16,265 bases of DNA, taken from positions 1 to 16,265 of the forward strand of contig CBFGJZ010000007.1 in the NCBI GenBank assembly GCA_965649215.1, read 5' to 3'. Of this stretch, positions 15,627 through 16,265 are shown one piece after another. The notes under the pieces are model-generated. The model was not told where the DNA came from. It ran no database searches and saw only the letters and a list, made by a program, of their open reading frames with translations. This DNA is from a candidate division WOR-3 bacterium. GTDB taxonomy: Bacteria > Hydrothermota > Tepidihabitantia > Tepidihabitantales > CAIPLT01. The position numbers and the translations under genes were made by a program. Numbering within the stretch: the stretch's first letter is position 1; each line of letters begins with the position of its first letter.

Positions 15627-16265
15627 TTATTTTGTCAAGGGGTTTTTTTGATTTATTCTCAGGTTTCTTGTGTCTTGTTTATGTTTCTTCATTATTCGAG
15701 AAATATTAGGAGTTTGCTCATTGTTCTTAAGCCGACCAATTAATAGCCAATCGAAACTTGCGTTAGCGCGACCGTTTGCTAATTCTTTTACCATAAATCC
15801 TGCTGTTGATTTATTAGTAACATAAAGACCATTGCATTCTGAATTCGGGGTAATAATAACTTTTATTGGAATTTTTTCAGATAGCACTTTTTGAATTTTA
15901 TCTGGTAAAGAGATAAAGGCAATGCCATTCTCAAGATTAGAAGTACCAGATATCATAATTTCTTGATTGGGATTTATCGTGGCAAAACAAATACTATCTT
16001 GGATAGAAGTCGCCCACCCACCCGTAGCAAAACCATGTCCTTGAATATAAATTCCTTTAATATCAGAACCGGTTCCAGAATTATTAATAACTTCTAATGT
16101 ATAGTGATCGTTATTGTAATTAGCAAAATAGCCACCTCGTTCACCAGCGCTGTCAACATAAATGCCATCATAGTTAGCATAACCAACATGTAAACCGTTT
16201 CCTTCTACATGATTTACAAACACACCATTTCCCTCAGCGCTATTAACATAAAGACCATCTAAGTT
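15627..16265 (-). CDS. 3' part of a fibre/beta-solenoid-like surface protein, truncated by the window edge
   Basis: The frame is open to 16265 (NLDGLYVNSAEGNGVFVNHVEG...), so the GTG at 16223 is internal. Decapeptide repeats are followed by a G.S.LENG.A.I.LP..IITP..GLYV..K...F.V.E..FDW...G C-terminal domain reminiscent of tail-fibre-like proteins. Confidence 0.7.
   Translation of the reverse strand, partial: NLDGLYVNSAEGNGVFVNHVEGNGLHVGYANYDGIYVDSAGERGGYFANYNNDHYTLEVINNSGTGSDIKGIYIQGHGFATGGWATSIQDSICFATINPNQEIMISGTSNLENGIAFISLPDKIQKVLSEKIPIKVIITPNSECNGLYVTNKSTAGFMVKELANGRANASFDWLLIGRLKNNEQTPNISRIMKKHKQDTRNLRINQKNPLTK
16128..16259 (-). repeat. In-frame 10-aa (30-nt) tandem repeat
   Basis: DGLYVNSAEG / NGVFVNHVEG / NGLHVGYANY / DGIYVDSAGE / RGGYF. 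Units 1 and 4, 90 nt apart, are also similar at DNA level (cagcgct.t.aacataaa..ccatc). Confidence 0.75.

Noticed and set aside
15627-16265. Prophage interpretation of the fibre-like gene
   Set aside because: No other phage genes, integrase or att-like sites are in the window, and the neighbouring gene encodes a host-type secreted protein.

Overview
AT-rich bacterial window with every real gene on the minus strand. Most of it (14676 down to the left edge) is one tightly packed operon of at least 10 genes, with no gap over ~21 nt: pgsB/capB, pgsC/capC, pgsW (poly-gamma-glutamate synthesis), a basic exported two-repeat protein, an outer-membrane beta-barrel, an LVIVD-repeat probable lipoprotein, a C25 gingipain-like protein (with prodomain), a YCF48/BNR beta-propeller, a second C25 protein (no prodomain), and an M14 zinc carboxypeptidase. 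The M14 gene is truncated at the edge and absent from the ORF track. No capA/pgsA, capD or capE is visible. Upstream of pgsB are a perfect sigma70 promoter (TTGACA-N17-TATAAT, near-leaderless) and a sigma54 -24/-12 promoter with a candidate enhancer/hairpin. Both C25 proteins keep the catalytic Cys but lack the canonical catalytic His. At the right end are the 3' part of a fibre-like decapeptide-repeat protein and a small protein with a C-terminal sorting domain. T9SS/FlgD-like tails together with Shine-Dalgarno sites and a canonical sigma70 promoter suggest a non-Bacteroidota diderm such as WOR-3 or a related lineage (inference). The best candidate for a new system is a Gram-negative-type poly-gamma-glutamate synthesis, export and surface-attachment machine.
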